Virus record (IMG/VR): IMGVR_UViG_3300010151_000009
Span: 1 to 64,000 of that record
Direction: 5' to 3' (one strand)
Source: a virus
Length of the DNA: 64,000 nucleotides
The notes under the pieces were generated by a model. That model did not search any database, was not told the DNA's origin, and worked only from the letters and a program-made list of their open reading frames with translations. How positions within the stretch are numbered: position 1 is the stretch's first letter; every line of letters starts with the position of its first letter. Shown here in pieces: positions 1 through 14,700 of this stretch. The translations under genes were made by a program, and so were the position numbers.

Positions 1-2711
1 TTAGTTGAATCATTTTTTCTAGATCTTTCTATTCTCCCAAATTCTCTTTGCTTAGCTTTTTTGAAATATAAATCATAATATTCTTGATCTACTTCATAAT
101 ATTGTTTTAACCAACTAGTATCTCGCTCTTCATACGCTTTTCTTCTATCTCTTGTAAATGCATCATTAAATCTTGCCCATAGATTCATAGTTTTAGGATT
201 AATTAACTCATCATAGACTTGAGCTCCTTTATATCCTTTAGTACTTCCCCACGCTATTAAATTATCTTCTAGTTCCGCAATATCACTTGCCAAATCCTTT
301 TCTATTCTAACTAAATTACCTTCTATTTGTCTTTTTAATGTATCAATATATCTTAAGGCTGGATTAGTTTGGCTAGATCTGCTTACCCAATTAGCACTAA
401 CTGTTCCAATAACTCTGTTAAATGTATCGATACCTTGAATACCTTCTTTATTAGTAAGAGCCACAAGGCGTTCAACCATTTTTTCTTGTATTTCTCCTAA
501 TAAAATATCTATATCATTACCAATAACTTCCATAGTCTCTTTTAAAGATTTAGCTTTTTCTTTACTTAAGCTTTCTAATAAGCCTTTAATAATAACAAAT
601 TGTCTAAAATGTTTTAAATCTCTATAAGCTATGTTTAAATCATTTTCATCCATATAATATGGATTTATTTCTCCTTTCTCAGTATGAGATTTATCAGTCT
701 TAAGTCCAAGAATAGTTCTTTTCATAACATTCTTAACTTCATTAACTACTTCATCCATTTTTTGATCCATTTGTAACTGCCTCAAAATTCTTCTAGAAGC
801 GTCCACTTGTGCTTTAAGAGTATTACGCTTTTCCCATGGTGAAGCTTTTAATTCAGATAGAAGTAATTTTAACCTATTTTTTTCCTTTTTAATAAGTTTA
901 TCTAAATCAGATATACCTGTTTGTTCTCCCGCTAACGGTAATTGAGATAAATAAGGACTATCGGTTCGTCCTATTTGAAGATTTGCAACAGCATTAGTTG
1001 GCATACCAGATTTATCCTTTTTAAATAAAATCATAATAGGTATTACCCTTGATTGTCTTACCTCTGTTACACCATATTGATCAAGTAAAGCATTCTTATA
1101 ATTACCCATTTGTAAATCATATGTTATTGAATCTTCTAACCAGAGATCTTTTTGTAGTGTTACTTTACCAGTCTTAGAATCTATATAGGCACCTGCATTA
1201 CCAATTCTTGGTATCTTAGATTTGTAATCTAAAATCATAGCAGATCCATCACTAAAGAAAGCTATAAAGTCAATAGTTCCTCCAGAACTTGTTTTTTTAT
1301 TTATAACTGTTAACTCTGTTCGTATTTGAACTTTATGTTTAGTTTTATTTTTTTGATTTATTTTTGTTTGAATTGCTGTGGCTTGTGAAACTAACTTATT
1401 TGCATATTTTTTTAATTTATCCCATTGTTCATCATTATATTCTGGAAATTTTCGTCTTAATGCTAAAATACTTTCAGCTTGTTGATTTCCTGCATAATAA
1501 TTAACTAATAACTCCATAGCTTTATGCACTCGATTACCTGATCTAACTCTTAACTCTGCCATAGCTTTCATATAAGCTTCTCCCTCATCTGATTGAGCAT
1601 AAAACTCATTATTACGTCTCCATTTCTTAGCGGCAGCATCAGACATCCTTTTTTCTAAAATTTCACCTGTTTGAATATTAACATAACGTTCTATCATGTC
1701 AACACCATTTTCTGATATTTTTTTATAATACGGATTATCTTTAACTGGTACGTCTTTTGTAACCCACATCTTTTGGTCTGCTTCAATTTTTTCTAAAGGA
1801 GTCATATCTGAAGTTTTCTCTCCTTCTTGGAAAAATTGTTTATCAGGTAACGTTAAAAGACTAGGATCAGATGCAAAGACATCTTGTAAACGATCTTGTA
1901 GTAAAATATGTGACGCATTTAAAAAAGGATCTGTGGCTACACGCCCCAATACTTTATTCAACCATCTTTTAACTCTTTCCCACCATCTTCTTAATCTCGA
2001 TAATTTTTTAGGGTCTGTCTCTGTACTTTGTACGTTTATATCATTGTTCATGATATGTTTGGCTATTACCTTAGCTATAGCTTCACGTTTTAAGAAGTCA
2101 GAATTGCCCTCATGTAATTTATATTGTGCACTTTCTGGATTCATTACCTCATCAAACTCAGTATAGTTTTCAATTAATTTATACATAGAACTATATAAAG
2201 GATTTTTATCAGCTCTTAATAATTCTACAATAAAGTGAGCTGCTTCTTCTGGTAATGTTGTCTCATCCATTTTATCTAGAGACATTTGAATAGTTCTATT
2301 AAGTAAATCTGCAATAGCTGTAACCTCTGTACCAGTAGCAGTCTGTAACTGATCAACTATTGTTGTAGTAACCCCAATTTTTTGTAAAAAGTTATTTAAA
2401 GTTTCTTGTAATAAATCTTTTTTATATTCATGATTTAGTTGTCTATTCTTTGCTACGTACTCACCTTTATGAGTAGCAGCCTGAACAACATGACTCATTA
2501 TTTCAGGGTTAACAATAGCATCTGGCTCTCCTTGTTCATTTAAAGGCGCTTTATCTTGATACTGTGTTAAAATTTCTAAATAAGCTATATAAGACGCTTC
2601 TTTATTATCTAAAACATTATTAATATATTGAAATAATTCAGAAGGAGATCCTTCATCAGTATATACATTATATATACTTCCATTTTTGTTTCTTACTATA
2701 TTACATGCCAT
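1..2711 (-). CDS. Large virion cargo protein (3'-truncated at the window edge) with a zincin-like domain and a PD-(D/E)xK nuclease-like domain
   Basis: Not in the ORF track; translated manually from the ATG at 2711, 1 nt after the RNAP stop: MACNIVRNKNEVIY..., open to the window edge. Motifs are TLPEEAAHFIVELL (~2225-2260) with downstream REAIAK, and GTIDFIAFFSDGSAMILDYKSK (~1215-1282). Confidence 0.88.
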   Translation of the reverse strand, partial: MACNIVRNKNGSIYNVYTDEGSPSELFQYINNVLDNKEASYIAYLEILTQYQDKAPLNEQGEPDAIVNPEIMSHVVQAATHKGEYVAKNRQLNHEYKKDLLQETLNNFLQKIGVTTTIVDQLQTATGTEVTAIADLLNRTIQMSLDKMDETTLPEEAAHFIVELLRADKNPLYSSMYKLIENYTEFDEVMNPESAQYKLHEGNSDFLKREAIAKVIAKHIMNNDINVQSTETDPKKLSRLRRWWERVKRWLNKVLGRVATDPFLNASHILLQDRLQDVFASDPSLLTLPDKQFFQEGEKTSDMTPLEKIEADQKMWVTKDVPVKDNPYYKKISENGVDMIERYVNIQTGEILEKRMSDAAAKKWRRNNEFYAQSDEGEAYMKAMAELRVRSGNRVHKAMELLVNYYAGNQQAESILALRRKFPEYNDEQWDKLKKYANKLVSQATAIQTKINQKNKTKHKVQIRTELTVINKKTSSGGTIDFIAFFSDGSAMILDYKSKIPRIGNAGAYIDSKTGKVTLQKDLWLEDSITYDLQMGNYKNALLDQYGVTEVRQSRVIPIMILFKKDKSGMPTNAVANLQIGRTDSPYLSQLPLAGEQTGISDLDKLIKKEKNRLKLLLSELKASPWEKRNTLKAQVDASRRILRQLQMDQKMDEVVNEVKNVMKRTILGLKTDKSHTEKGEINPYYMDENDLNIAYRDLKHFRQFVIIKGLLESLSKEKAKSLKETMEVIGNDIDILLGEIQEKMVERLVALTNKEGIQGIDTFNRVIGTVSANWVSRSSQTNPALRYIDTLKRQIEGNLVRIEKDLASDIAELEDNLIAWGSTKGYKGAQVYDELINPKTMNLWARFNDAFTRDRRKAYEERDTSWLKQYYEVDQEYYDLYFKKAKQREFGRIERSRKNDST

Positions 2712-2712
2712 A

Positions 2713-5700
2713 TTAACATTCTTTATCTTTATTTAATGTCTTAAGATCAGTTATATTTGATGGATCATATCCCTTAACAGCTGGCGCATCCTTTCGTGCA
2801 GTCATTATTGCTTTAGCATCAAGTACTTTAATATCAAAAAATGATTTACGTTCTTCTCCTTTAATAAAGTTTTTATTACGTGGGGCTTTAGCAAATTCAC
2901 TCCAATTTTTATATCCTTCTCGTCTAGCTATAAAGCCTTGCATTTGAGTTTTATTTAAGGCTCCAAATTTAAGCATATTTGCTTTCACAAACAAATATTT
3001 ATATGGAGTATCTAAAATTAAGTCTAATTTAATCTGTGTTCCATCTGGTAAAATCTTAACGCCAGAATGAGTTTTTCCATAAGGATAACTAAGTAAACTT
3101 TTCTTACGTGATCGAATTGTATTTACAACTGATTCTGTCATTTTTAATTTTTCTCTTCCAAATGGATGATTATTAGACTCAATAATTGAATCTTCACGCC
3201 CCGGTTCTTGTAAATGTCCCGCAAGACCTTTCTTAGGCCGTGATACATATACAGTATCACGTCGTTGGAAGTGTGCTTTAAAGTAAGTTCTACCAGCTTC
3301 TGTAGCAATTCCTTTTACTTCACCCTCATCTCTAGGAACAATTAATGTAATTCTCTCATCATTTAACCAATTAGGTGCAGCAAATTGCTCTTCTGTAGCG
3401 CTTAACTGTAGAAAAGGATCTGTAGCAAAGATTTGTCTAACAACACGTGGATTATCCCAAGAATGGTCAAAAAAGTCAGCTACAATCTCTTCTACTTTTT
3501 TAGTAGTTAAATATTCTGTAGTTCCTTTTGCTACTCTATGAATAGCATCATGAAAATTTTGAAGCATTGGATTAGTAATTCTTAAAACTTCTGCTCCAGG
3601 TAAAGCATGAAAGAAAGATGATGGATGAAATTGGGTTCCTGATTTAATAATACTATATAAAAGTATATCCTCAGCTAATTGTTGTCCTACTCCTCCACTA
3701 TTATGTAATTCATACCAAGAATCTGCTAAATCATCTATTTCATCTGGATCATATTTTCTAGAAAATAATTGTAATTTATCAACAGTATGATCAAAATCAG
3801 TAATATCTGTTTCTGTATCTAAAGTAGCTATTAAGTCTTGTACTAATAGATTATCTGGAAATATATCCTTAGCTAAGAAAACTCGTGCAGGTAAACTATT
3901 TGGTCCCTGCATTAACATTCTTACAAGATCAAATTCTTTATCATTTAAAGACTTCATATTTTCTCGAGGAATATTTTGCCAAATAAAAGAAGTTAAATGA
4001 TTGTCTAAAGCTCGTAAAATATAAGTTATTTCATCTTTAGATTTTCCTTCTGCAATCAAATCTTTAGCTAGTTGAATCATTTTAGCTTTAAAAGGATTAA
4101 TAACTCCATTTTGCTGTGTTAAAACTATATTCTCTTTTAAATCAGTATTTTTAAAGAATTGAGGGGATTCAGTAAATAATTGTTTTAATGGTTGTAAGAA
4201 AGGAGGAGTCTCTCTAACTGTTTCTGAAACACCCAATGATTCTACACCTCTAGAGAATCCAGTAAGACCATTTAAATTATTAAAAACTAAAGGATTTGAT
4301 TCTGTATCTTCAGTAATGATTTGTTCTAAAGCATTTAAAAATATAAGTTCGTATCCATTTTTTAAACGAGATGTATCAAATGCAGAAATTTGCTGAGCTT
4401 TTCTTAAATATTCTGCATATTCTTTATAACGTAAGAAATCATTAAATATTTGAGCTTGTAACGCTTTTTGTCCCTTACCCATTTTTGCTAAAGGAGTGGT
4501 TAACATGCTAACTTCTGGATTAGGATCATCTAATACAGCTTCATTTAAAGGAACTTCTTCTTTATTTGCTTTCCCTAACATTTTCTGAATAGCTGATACA
4601 ACCTTACCTTCATTTAACATTCCTTCTCCATATGGTGTAGTTGCTCCAGCTACAGATTGTTTATTTTTTAAACTAAAATATTCTTGTAATACAGGTTGAG
4701 ACATAAACTTTAGAACTGTATTCACAGGGACTCCAGCACGGACTAAAAGCATGTGTACGCCAGCTCCCATTCGACCTCCATTAACATACATAATAAAAGG
4801 ATCTTTTTCTCCATCTACATATGCTGTTACATATTGTTGCATTGAACGATTTATATAATTTCCAGCTGTATCCTTAACGCTAGACAATGATACAGGCTGT
4901 CCAGGGGTAAACCCTTCAAAATTTAAATAAGGCCCTACCTGCGTTCCTATAGGTATGCCACTTTGATATAATGGTATTTCACCCTTAAATTCTAAACCTG
5001 CTCTTTGTGATTTACCTAAATGAGTTAAGTTTGTAGCTACAATTCCAGTACCACCAAGAGTTTGATGCATTTGATATGTAGTTCGTATTAAACTACGTAA
5101 ACTAAACTTCTCAAATAAAGTAGATGGTTCAGCTGTTACGCCTTCTATTCCTGCAGCCAATTGTCTGCTATGAATCTCATCTGAAGTTCGTTTTATATTA
5201 AAGGCTCCTACTGGGGCAATTAGTTGAGCAAAACTATCTGGATGTCTTAATATGTCTTTCATTAAACTCTGAAGCATATTCTCAACAACTTCTCTATTCT
5301 CTTTAAAAACTTGAGGAAGTGCTTCAAATCCTAATAAATCTAATTCTGTATCTAATTCCGCTAATTCTTTTAGAGCGTCTTCATGCTGCATATTAGCTTC
5401 TAATTGATCAGCAATTTCTAATCTTCTTATAAAATTATTTAAACCAGCTATATCACTACCAAACAATTTAATAGCAGCTGCTTTATATCCAGGAGCATCT
5501 AATAACCTTAAGGAAGTAGCATTATTATCTGCAGGCCTAGCTATATCTATATTTCCATCTTCACTTTTTACTAAATGTGGTAAATATAAAGTTAATTTAT
5601 CAATATCATAATCCGCCCCAGACTTAGCAACCATTTCTGCAGGTGCAATTACATTAGGTCCTGCAGATTGTGGTAAAAATCCAACTACTTTAATAAATTC

Positions 5701-8700
5701 AACAGAATTTAATCCCTCTGTAGGAATACGGAATCCAATTAATTCTAATGCAGCAGGAGTAAATTGTGATATATCAATCTGACTCGTAGTTAAAAATTTC
5801 TGTTTAAAATAATGTGGTAAATATACTTCCATTGCTGTAACTGTTTTACCATCTTTTTCAAAATCATAAAATTTTAATTGTCTATATTCTGATTCTGGTA
5901 ATTGTTTATCAGCTTGAATTGTTCTAAACCCTGTATCTGATTGTAATACAGACATCTCTCCATTTACTTTTCTATGAATAACTTCACTAGTAACAATAGA
6001 ATAGAATAATTCATCTATTTTTTGTTTATTAGGAAGTTGATTTGTATAATAAATTTCACCATTAAATAACTCTTCAATAGTATCTCTCATTACTTCTGGA
6101 GTATTTCTTCTATGCATCTCATCTAATACAGCTTGCTTTAAATACTGTTTTGTAGTACCAGCTTCTAATTGTGTATATCCTGTACTACCTTTAATAAAGC
6201 CTAATTTAGCAGCTAACTTGGCTGCATCTTTCTCTATTAAAGCTGTATGAATATTATGGAATTCACTAGCAACATCTTCCCATGTTCTATTTTTATCAAA
6301 TTGTTTGTTATAGTCTTTATTTAATAATCCTTTATCAAATACATTCATTAAAGACATCGATGCTGATTGTGTTCCTACTCTAACCAGGCCTTTATATTTT
6401 TTAGCAGGATCTAACTGTATTCCAAAGTATTCTAAATCATAAGTTTGTAAATAATCAGGGTCTGCACTTAAAGGTTGATAGTTACCATTTACATCATAAA
6501 ACGGTTCAAATTCACCTTTAGAGTTGGTTTTAGCTCCTACTTTAGATGAAGATTGAAATACCATATAATCAACTTCATTCTTAACCATGTCATCATAAAC
6601 TTGATCCATAACAGTTACAGCATTAGATTTTAATCCCATAATAGTTTTTGATAATTTAGGATGAATAGGGTATAATGCAAACTTATCAAATATTTTAATA
6701 TTCAACATACCTAATCGAGAGTCTGCAAATACTTGAGGTTTTAAAGGTGGGAAAATAGCTCTACTCCCTAAATCAGCTAAAGTTGGTTGATCCTCATTTA
6801 TCAATTCTAACTCTTGATAAGCCTCTTCCATTTCATTTGTCCAATTATGTGTTAAAAATAAGACACTTCTATAAAAATCTAATGTAATAAATCCTCCTCC
6901 ATCAAAAATTTCCATATTACTATATCTATCAGTAACATCTTTTTTTAATTCTTCGCTAGCATTTAATTCGTTTAATCTTTTTATATATGAATCTAAGTGA
7001 GCAGATTTTTCTTGTATAATTTCTTTCCGTGTAACTTTAGTAACTAAGGATGTATGCTCTTTATTAGTATACTTATTTGGCATATTAGTATTCATCCAAG
7101 ATAATATATGATTATTAACTGTTGGATATTTCTTAGTACCTACCATACCTGATGTACGTTTAAAAATATCTGAATATAATGCAGGATGTCCTAAAAATAA
7201 TCTAGTTTGTTCTACTACTCCTATTAATTGATTATAAGAAATTTTTTCAACTATTCTATTCATAAGAGCTGGGTCCATTTTACCATTCTTTGACCACACT
7301 GGAGTAGCTAGGCTTTTATTAGCATCTTCTACATGTACATTATCTATACCTATATTTATATATGTATTTTTAGGGCCTTTTCCTATAAATCCAAACTCTT
7401 CTAATGCTGCAAGTATATTAGTTTGACGCGTATCTAAGAAATCTGTAATGTTTTTTACTACAGCTGAAGAACCTACAAAGTTTTGTAGTTCCACATCATC
7501 TAAAGAAACATTAGGAGCATTTATAAATGACAATACACGAGAATGATTGTATATATCTGGAAAATTTTCTGGATCATTAAAAAACTGTAAAGATTCTCCA
7601 TGTGTTCTTAATCTAGATATTTGTCTAACTGAAGGATCATTTTTAATATTATTTGCTGTTACTATTTCAGATCTTAATAAATCTTGAAGATAAGATATCA
7701 TTTCTTCTCTATTTCTATATTTATTTTGACCAATCATTACTGCTCTTTCCATCTTCTTATTTCCAGGACGTAAAAGAGGAGTATAACCTTCTAATATAGA
7801 ATTTACATGTAATAAAGCAATATTAGCCTCTGTAGTTCTAGATATATCAAATCCTTGGCCTTTAGTAATATCTTTTCCTCCTTCTATAGTTCTAACCTTG
7901 ATTACTCTTTCCTTATTATATAATGAACCATGCATATAAGGAGATTCCATTAAGCTTTCTATTTCTTCTTCAGATGTATTTAGTTTATCAACTAATAAAT
8001 TAATATAATTTTTTCTAGTTATACCAAATAATTGTTTTCCATCTGGATTAGTATGTTGTAATGTAATAGCTAAATTTGTACTATCTACTTCGTATCGTAC
8101 AAGTTTCTTTAAATTACCTTCTACATCTCCTCCAAATAAATTAGACATATCACCTTCTAAGTCTAAAATCTCTGAAAAGAACCAATTTGCATTCTCTATA
8201 AATTCAGCCATACCTCCTTCAGAAGCATTTAAGTTTTTTATAAGTTTAGGTAAATTAGTAAATTCAAGTCCTATTTCATTTAATAATGGGATAATTTGAT
8301 TTAAATTTTTATTAATCTCTATCCATTTACGTAAAGTCTCAGTTCGTTTTATACCTTTTGTACGTATAGTTACAGGATAATCTAAATTTAAAACCAATCT
8401 ACCTGTTGTAGTTGATTTCCCTTTATTTCTTTTTAGTCTTAGATTACGTTTAAAATTAGCACTCCATCCTCGTTTAACAATATTTTCTACACGTTCTGTA
8501 TTAGAGTTTGTAAAATATCTCCCAGGATGATTCTCAGCTTTAGTTTGATTAGCTAATAACATTACATAAGCATCAGATGCATTATGAAAAGATCCTAAAA
8601 AATCAATTAACATAGAAACTTGATTAAAATTTGGATCATGACTACTTAAACCTTCAAGTCCATGTTGTAGTCCTAATCTATCAATTAATATCTTATATGT

Positions 8701-11700
8701 TCTATTTTCTTCTGCTAAGGTACGTAATTTAGCTACTATATCTTCAACAGTATCTAAATTAGCTAATTGCTTATATAGTGTAGTTACTACTTCTCCAAAT
8801 GGCGCTAAAGTAGGAACTCCTGCTTTATTTGTTTTTAATGTAGTACTACCATCTTTATACACATGAGACTGAGGTAAAGTAGATAATAAAACTCTTAATC
8901 CTGGATCTATAGTACTCTTTAAATTAATTTCTCTCGGATCTCTAATACCTAAAGTATCTCGTGATTTTGTATCTTCCTCTTCTACTTCTTCAAACTCATC
9001 TTCTAAAGTTCTTGAATTTACTTGTAGATGTAATTGCTGTAAGACTTGTAAATTTCGGGATACTAATGCAGGCCAATCTTCATCTAAAACTAATAAATTC
9101 TGCTCTAAAGATTCTATTTCTACTTCTAGTTTATCTAATTTCATATCAAGCCTTTGTATATCTAATTCTGTTGCTTCAGGCATTTCAGACTCATCCATAG
9201 CTTGATTATGCTCGTCAATTAATATGTTAAGTTGAGTATTAATACTATTATGCATCCTAGACCAAGCAGTATTCTTAGTTCCAGGAGCACCATATACAGG
9301 AGTTAAAATCTTTCTTAATGCTGCTTCATTGTGTTTATTACCAATTAGATCTGGTATACTAACACCAGTTTTACTTTGTATAATATCAAATACAGAAACA
9401 GTTACTCCATTATTTAAATCTCGTTGAACTCCAGATTGCATTCTATAAGCACTCATAGAAGCTCCTTCTCTCCCTTCTAAAGCCTCTGCTATATCATAAC
9501 TTAAATATTCTTCGATTCCATTATTATAATAACCAGTATGTATTCTATGAAATAATGCTTTGCTTTGGCTTAAATTTCTAAAAAACTTAAGTAAGAAATC
9601 AAAGACTTTATCCATAAAAGATTTCTTTACTCTTGATCCTACTTTATAAGTTCCGTCTGCAATAACATACTCTCTAAACTCTTCAGCTAACCACTCATCT
9701 GCTTCTAAATTTGTAAAATCTTTAAGACTTTTAACTTCACCTTTATAAGTAGTAGCTTTTCCTCGCTGCGCTCTAACTTCATTATACAGAGTTTCTCTCT
9801 CCTCTTTAGATAATAATTTTAAAGTAATACCATGATAAGCTTCATGATATAGAGTTCCTCTTTCAGCCTCTGAAGATAATAAGATATCCCCTGTTTTAGA
9901 AAAATATCCCCAATCTCTTCCATGTATTAATCCGGCTACTACTTTTACAGAAAAGATAGGTTTTCCGTATCGATCTTTAGGAATCATAGCTTCAAACTTT
10001 TCATTTTCTGCATAAAGATCCATTAATCTATAATCCTCACTCATCAATGCTAATCTAGACTTCCCTCCATAATCTTCATTATCATCAGTCTTTTTCTTAT
10101 TTCGTTTCTGACGTTTTTTCTTTTTAGGACTCTTTTTTATATCATCTAGAGTTTGATGTTTTTGTTCATATACATCTTGTTTAACAGGAGTGATTAAAGC
10201 TTTACCTTCTGTAACATAAGTAAGCATATTAAAACTATCTAGAACCTCTAAAGATAATGTATCTAAAGATAAAATACCTTTATTGTTAGATAGTTGAATA
10301 GGCTCTAACATTACTTTAAAGTTTTCATGATCTATACTAGTAACTTTAAAATGTAACTTTACTCCTTCATTACTTGTATATATATATTGTTTACCAGTTA
10401 TCACCCCAGATGGAGCCATATTAGGATCTAAATTATCCATTGTTGTTTGGTCCTCAAATAACTGATCTTCTTGCTCATCTGTTAATTCTATTACTTCACC
10501 TAATTCTTCAGCGCTCTGTTCAATTTTAGCATTATTAATAGATTGTGTATCCCAATTATCAGGATCACTAGCATTTGGACTATATATTAAATATATATTT
10601 CTATATTGTGAACTTCTCCAGGACTCACTACTTTTCTTACCAGTATCAGTATCTGGACGCATATTAACTGTTAATGGAATCTCTGGTAATTGTCTTTCTT
10701 CTTGTACTGTGTGTTCTTTAGCTTTAGTACCCATTAAGAAATGCGTATAATTATTCCAAGTACTAGTTAAAACATTTAATTTCTCTCCTACTTCATAATA
10801 TTTATATGTATTATATTTAGGACGACTTTCCTTTTTATTATATAATGTTTTTTCTTCTTTGCCTAATCTAGGAGCAAATTTTCCTTTACGTCCTTTTTTA
10901 ATCCATGCTTGTTTTTGCTTATAAACTTTTTCAAAAACAGCTTTTTGTTCTGCGTATAATGCTCTATTACTATTACGATGTGTTAGTCTTATTTCTTGAT
11001 CATCTTTTAAAGCTGCATTATTAACTTGAACTCTCTGATCTTGTAAGAAATTTAATAAATCTTTATGTAAAGGTGCAAACTGTGCTTTATCTGCTAATTG
11101 CTCAAAGGTCATTGACTGGGCACCAAAATATAAAACATTACCTTGTGTATAAATAGCATATTGTTGATTCTCTCGTGTTCTAGCATGCTTACCATAATAA
11201 ATTAATTCACTTATTTGTTTAGTAATTGATTTTTCTGTGCCTGGAATTAAATATGCTGTTTCTGGAGTAAACTTAGAATTCTCTCTATATGAATTTGTTA
11301 CTTGTGTTGCTAATAATCTAATAAGATTATACACGTTACTAACCATCTTAGCTGGTAGTTTTGGCATCTTAAATCTAACTAAATTACCATTATGTACTGC
11401 ATATACATTTCCAGCATGCACAGTATATTCTTGAGGACCAATTGATACTTTTTGAGTTTTAGCATTTACAGCTACACGAAGATCAATATTTTGTACATCT
11501 TCTTCTCGTTTAACTAAAGTCTCTCTAGCCATAGCTCTGCCATCTGGGCCATCAACCCAAATTTGTAATCCAGCAGATTTTCCAGACACTGCTAAATATT
11601 TAACTTCACCTGAAGGTAATGTTAATATTCTTTCTCTAAACTTTTTATTCTGCTCGTTAATTGCTACTGCTTGCTCACTCATATCTCCTTGAAAATATAA

Positions 11701-14700
11701 AGCTCCATTAATTTTTATAGATGGAACAGTTCCATTTTCTAAGTTTAAATCTGCTCTACCATATTTATATACCCTATGTCCTTCACCTGTTTTTTTATCA
11801 TATACTGTTGTATATGCTTCTGAGTCTGGCATAGATGTATATACTACTTCTCCATTATGAATAACCGGATTATTATTTTTATCTACTACAACTAATAAAA
11901 TAGTTTCTTTTAATTCTGGTCTAGCTTTAGCATTAGTAAAGTTCTCATTTGTAGCTTTAGAGTATCTATCTTTATTCTCTGTTTTAGCAGCTCTTACTCT
12001 ATTGTGATCATAAAAATAGACTTTATCTTTTAATCCCGTAGGTATATTATGTCTCGTAATAGTCATCAAGGAGTAATTAGCTAAATTATATTGAGCCTTT
12101 GACCTAACTCCAGCTCTAGCTGTAAAGTCAAAGAATATAGCTTGATGTTTATAAGCAGCTAAAGCCTCTTGTTCCCACGATGTTAAATCTCTATTTAAAG
12201 CCTCATTCTCTAATTCTTCAATTCGACGCTCTGCATATGCATGACTACCAGCTGTTTTCGCTCCACCAATATGAATTAAAGATGGAGAATTATAATAAAC
12301 TCTAGGTTTAGTATTTTGATTATTATTTAAATTTGTTTTAATAAATTCCTCTTCAGACATCTCTGATGAATGCGTCTCTATCTCCCCTGTTGTTACTTCA
12401 TCAAAAGGAGTTTCAGTAACCGAACGTAAAGCATTATTAGTATCTGTTGCATATATAGCAAAGAGGTCTCTAATAGCATTATATCGTTGGCCTAAATCTT
12501 GTTGGTCTGCAATTCCTTGAGCAAGAGGTAATAATTCTATATTTATTTTAGAACGTAAAGCATTAACTGCTGCATCATATTTTACCTTAAGTAGATCTAC
12601 TTCATTCTTTAAGTCTTCATAAGCCGCTATTGCAGCATCTTGATCATACCTTAAATCATATTGATTTTCATTTCCTTTAGTCTTTCTAAATACAATCAGG
12701 CTTCTTAATTTTTTTAATAAAGGCTGAGCTTGCTCATATTTATATTTAAGATGTTCAACTTTTTTGTCTAATAAATTAGCTAGTTCAGCTGGTAACTCAG
12801 CTGCAGGATTAGTAGCAAAAGAAAATATTAATTCTGCAAGATCTTTATTTTTCTCTGTATCTTCAGTCATTATATCAGAAAATAAATCTACTTCTTTAAA
12901 GAACTTTTTATCTACAAACTGATCTATAACTTCTTTATGGTCTAACCATTTAGAATTAAGAAACTCTGCTGCTTTACTTAATATAATAGGATGAAAAGCT
13001 GGGTCTGTAAATCCTGGAATATCTTCAGATTTATTTATTGCAGAGGTTAAATTCGTTACATCTTTTAATTTTTGTTTTACTTCTTCTTTGTCTATTTCAA
13101 GGACTTCAATTGCTCGTTCTGCTTGTTGCCATTTTATATCTAAATTTCTTATAGACTTAGCTAACTGACGCTGAGAGGCCTTATTTGACTTTTCTGTTGA
13201 AGCTTTAATTAATTCTGTAGATAAAAGCTCTGCGTCTTCTACATGTTTAGAGAGTTCTTTTTCTATCTCATCTAATTTAATATGAAGATCTTTTTTAGAC
13301 GCATTTAAGGCTACATCTAAATACTCTTGAATTTGTACTGCTTTATCTACAACCTTAATATTCTTAGCCTGTTTTAAGAAGTCTAAATTACGGTCATTAA
13401 ATCTATTAACATGATCACTAGTTTTTAATAACTCATTAATTTCTTTTAATTCATCTTTAGCTGCTTGATTGTCAGGTAATCTTTCTAAAGTTCTTTTTCT
13501 TGTTAATAATTCTAACGTTTCTTTAGTTGGAAAATCTATTAAAAAATTATCACTATTACTAGACGGTTTTCCTGTTCTTACAAATACTCTATATTTACCT
13601 GTTTTAGGCCCCTCTTGAACACGCAATCCATTAGTTTGCATTGCCATCTTTATAGCAGCTATATCAGTATTAACTTTTGAACTACGTTTTATATCTTCCG
13701 CATCTTTTAAAACTTTTTCTTCTAGTCCTGCTTCTCTTGCAATTTGTAATAATCCTTTTTTTGTAGTTGTATCCTTTCTAGCGTATTCGAATTCTATGAT
13801 CTGCCCAGTATACTTCTTAAATAATCGTTTTAATCCTATATCTGTAATATTCTCTGCATTTTCTTCTTTTTCATCCGGAATCATTTGCATTCTTAAGATT
13901 TTAGGAAGAGGTACTTTTTGTCCGTGTTCTGCGAAAGGATATTGTGGAATACCAAACTTACCTAAAGGAAGCATCTTTGCATCTTCTCTATAATCAAGTA
14001 ACTCATTATACATATTAATAGCTCTATGTCGCCTAGCTCTTAATTTCCTAGCATCTTTTAACATTTGTATAACCTCATCCTTATGTAGTGCATAATCAGC
14101 TGCATCTCGATCTTTCCATGCATCTAATAAAGCTTGTTCATCAGCCCCTATCTCTGCTTCTAAGCCCTCTTCTATAGCCTTCCCTAGTTTCTGTGTCTTA
14201 TCGAATAGTTCAGCATGTTTCTGTTCTAAATTCTGTTCCTTAGCCCATTTAGTTTGTTGTTCCGTCGTTCCTCCCATGAAAGCATTTTTAGCTTCAATTC
14301 CATCTGTTTCAAGAGCTTCAATTTGACTTTCTATACTTTTAAGTTCTTGAGTTAAATTAAGGAATAATTCTTCTATATGAGTTGGATCCGTAAACTCTCT
14401 AATATTTTTCTCAGCTAAAAGAGTTTTAGATTCAGGTAAAGCTAATATTTCACGTTTCTGTTTTTTTGTAAATCTAGACCATAAACGTTTTATTCTTTCT
14501 TTTAACGATATATCCTCTCTTTCATCTCTAACTGTCCTAGATTCAACATCTCCTTGGATATTTAACTTAGCCTTCATTTTTTCTTCTATGCTTTTATACA
14601 TATCCTCTTCTCTCGCATAAGCATTTTTACTCATAGACCATGCATGTATCATAGCTCTCTTTACATCAGTATCATAATTAACAAATGCTTTATTTACTTT

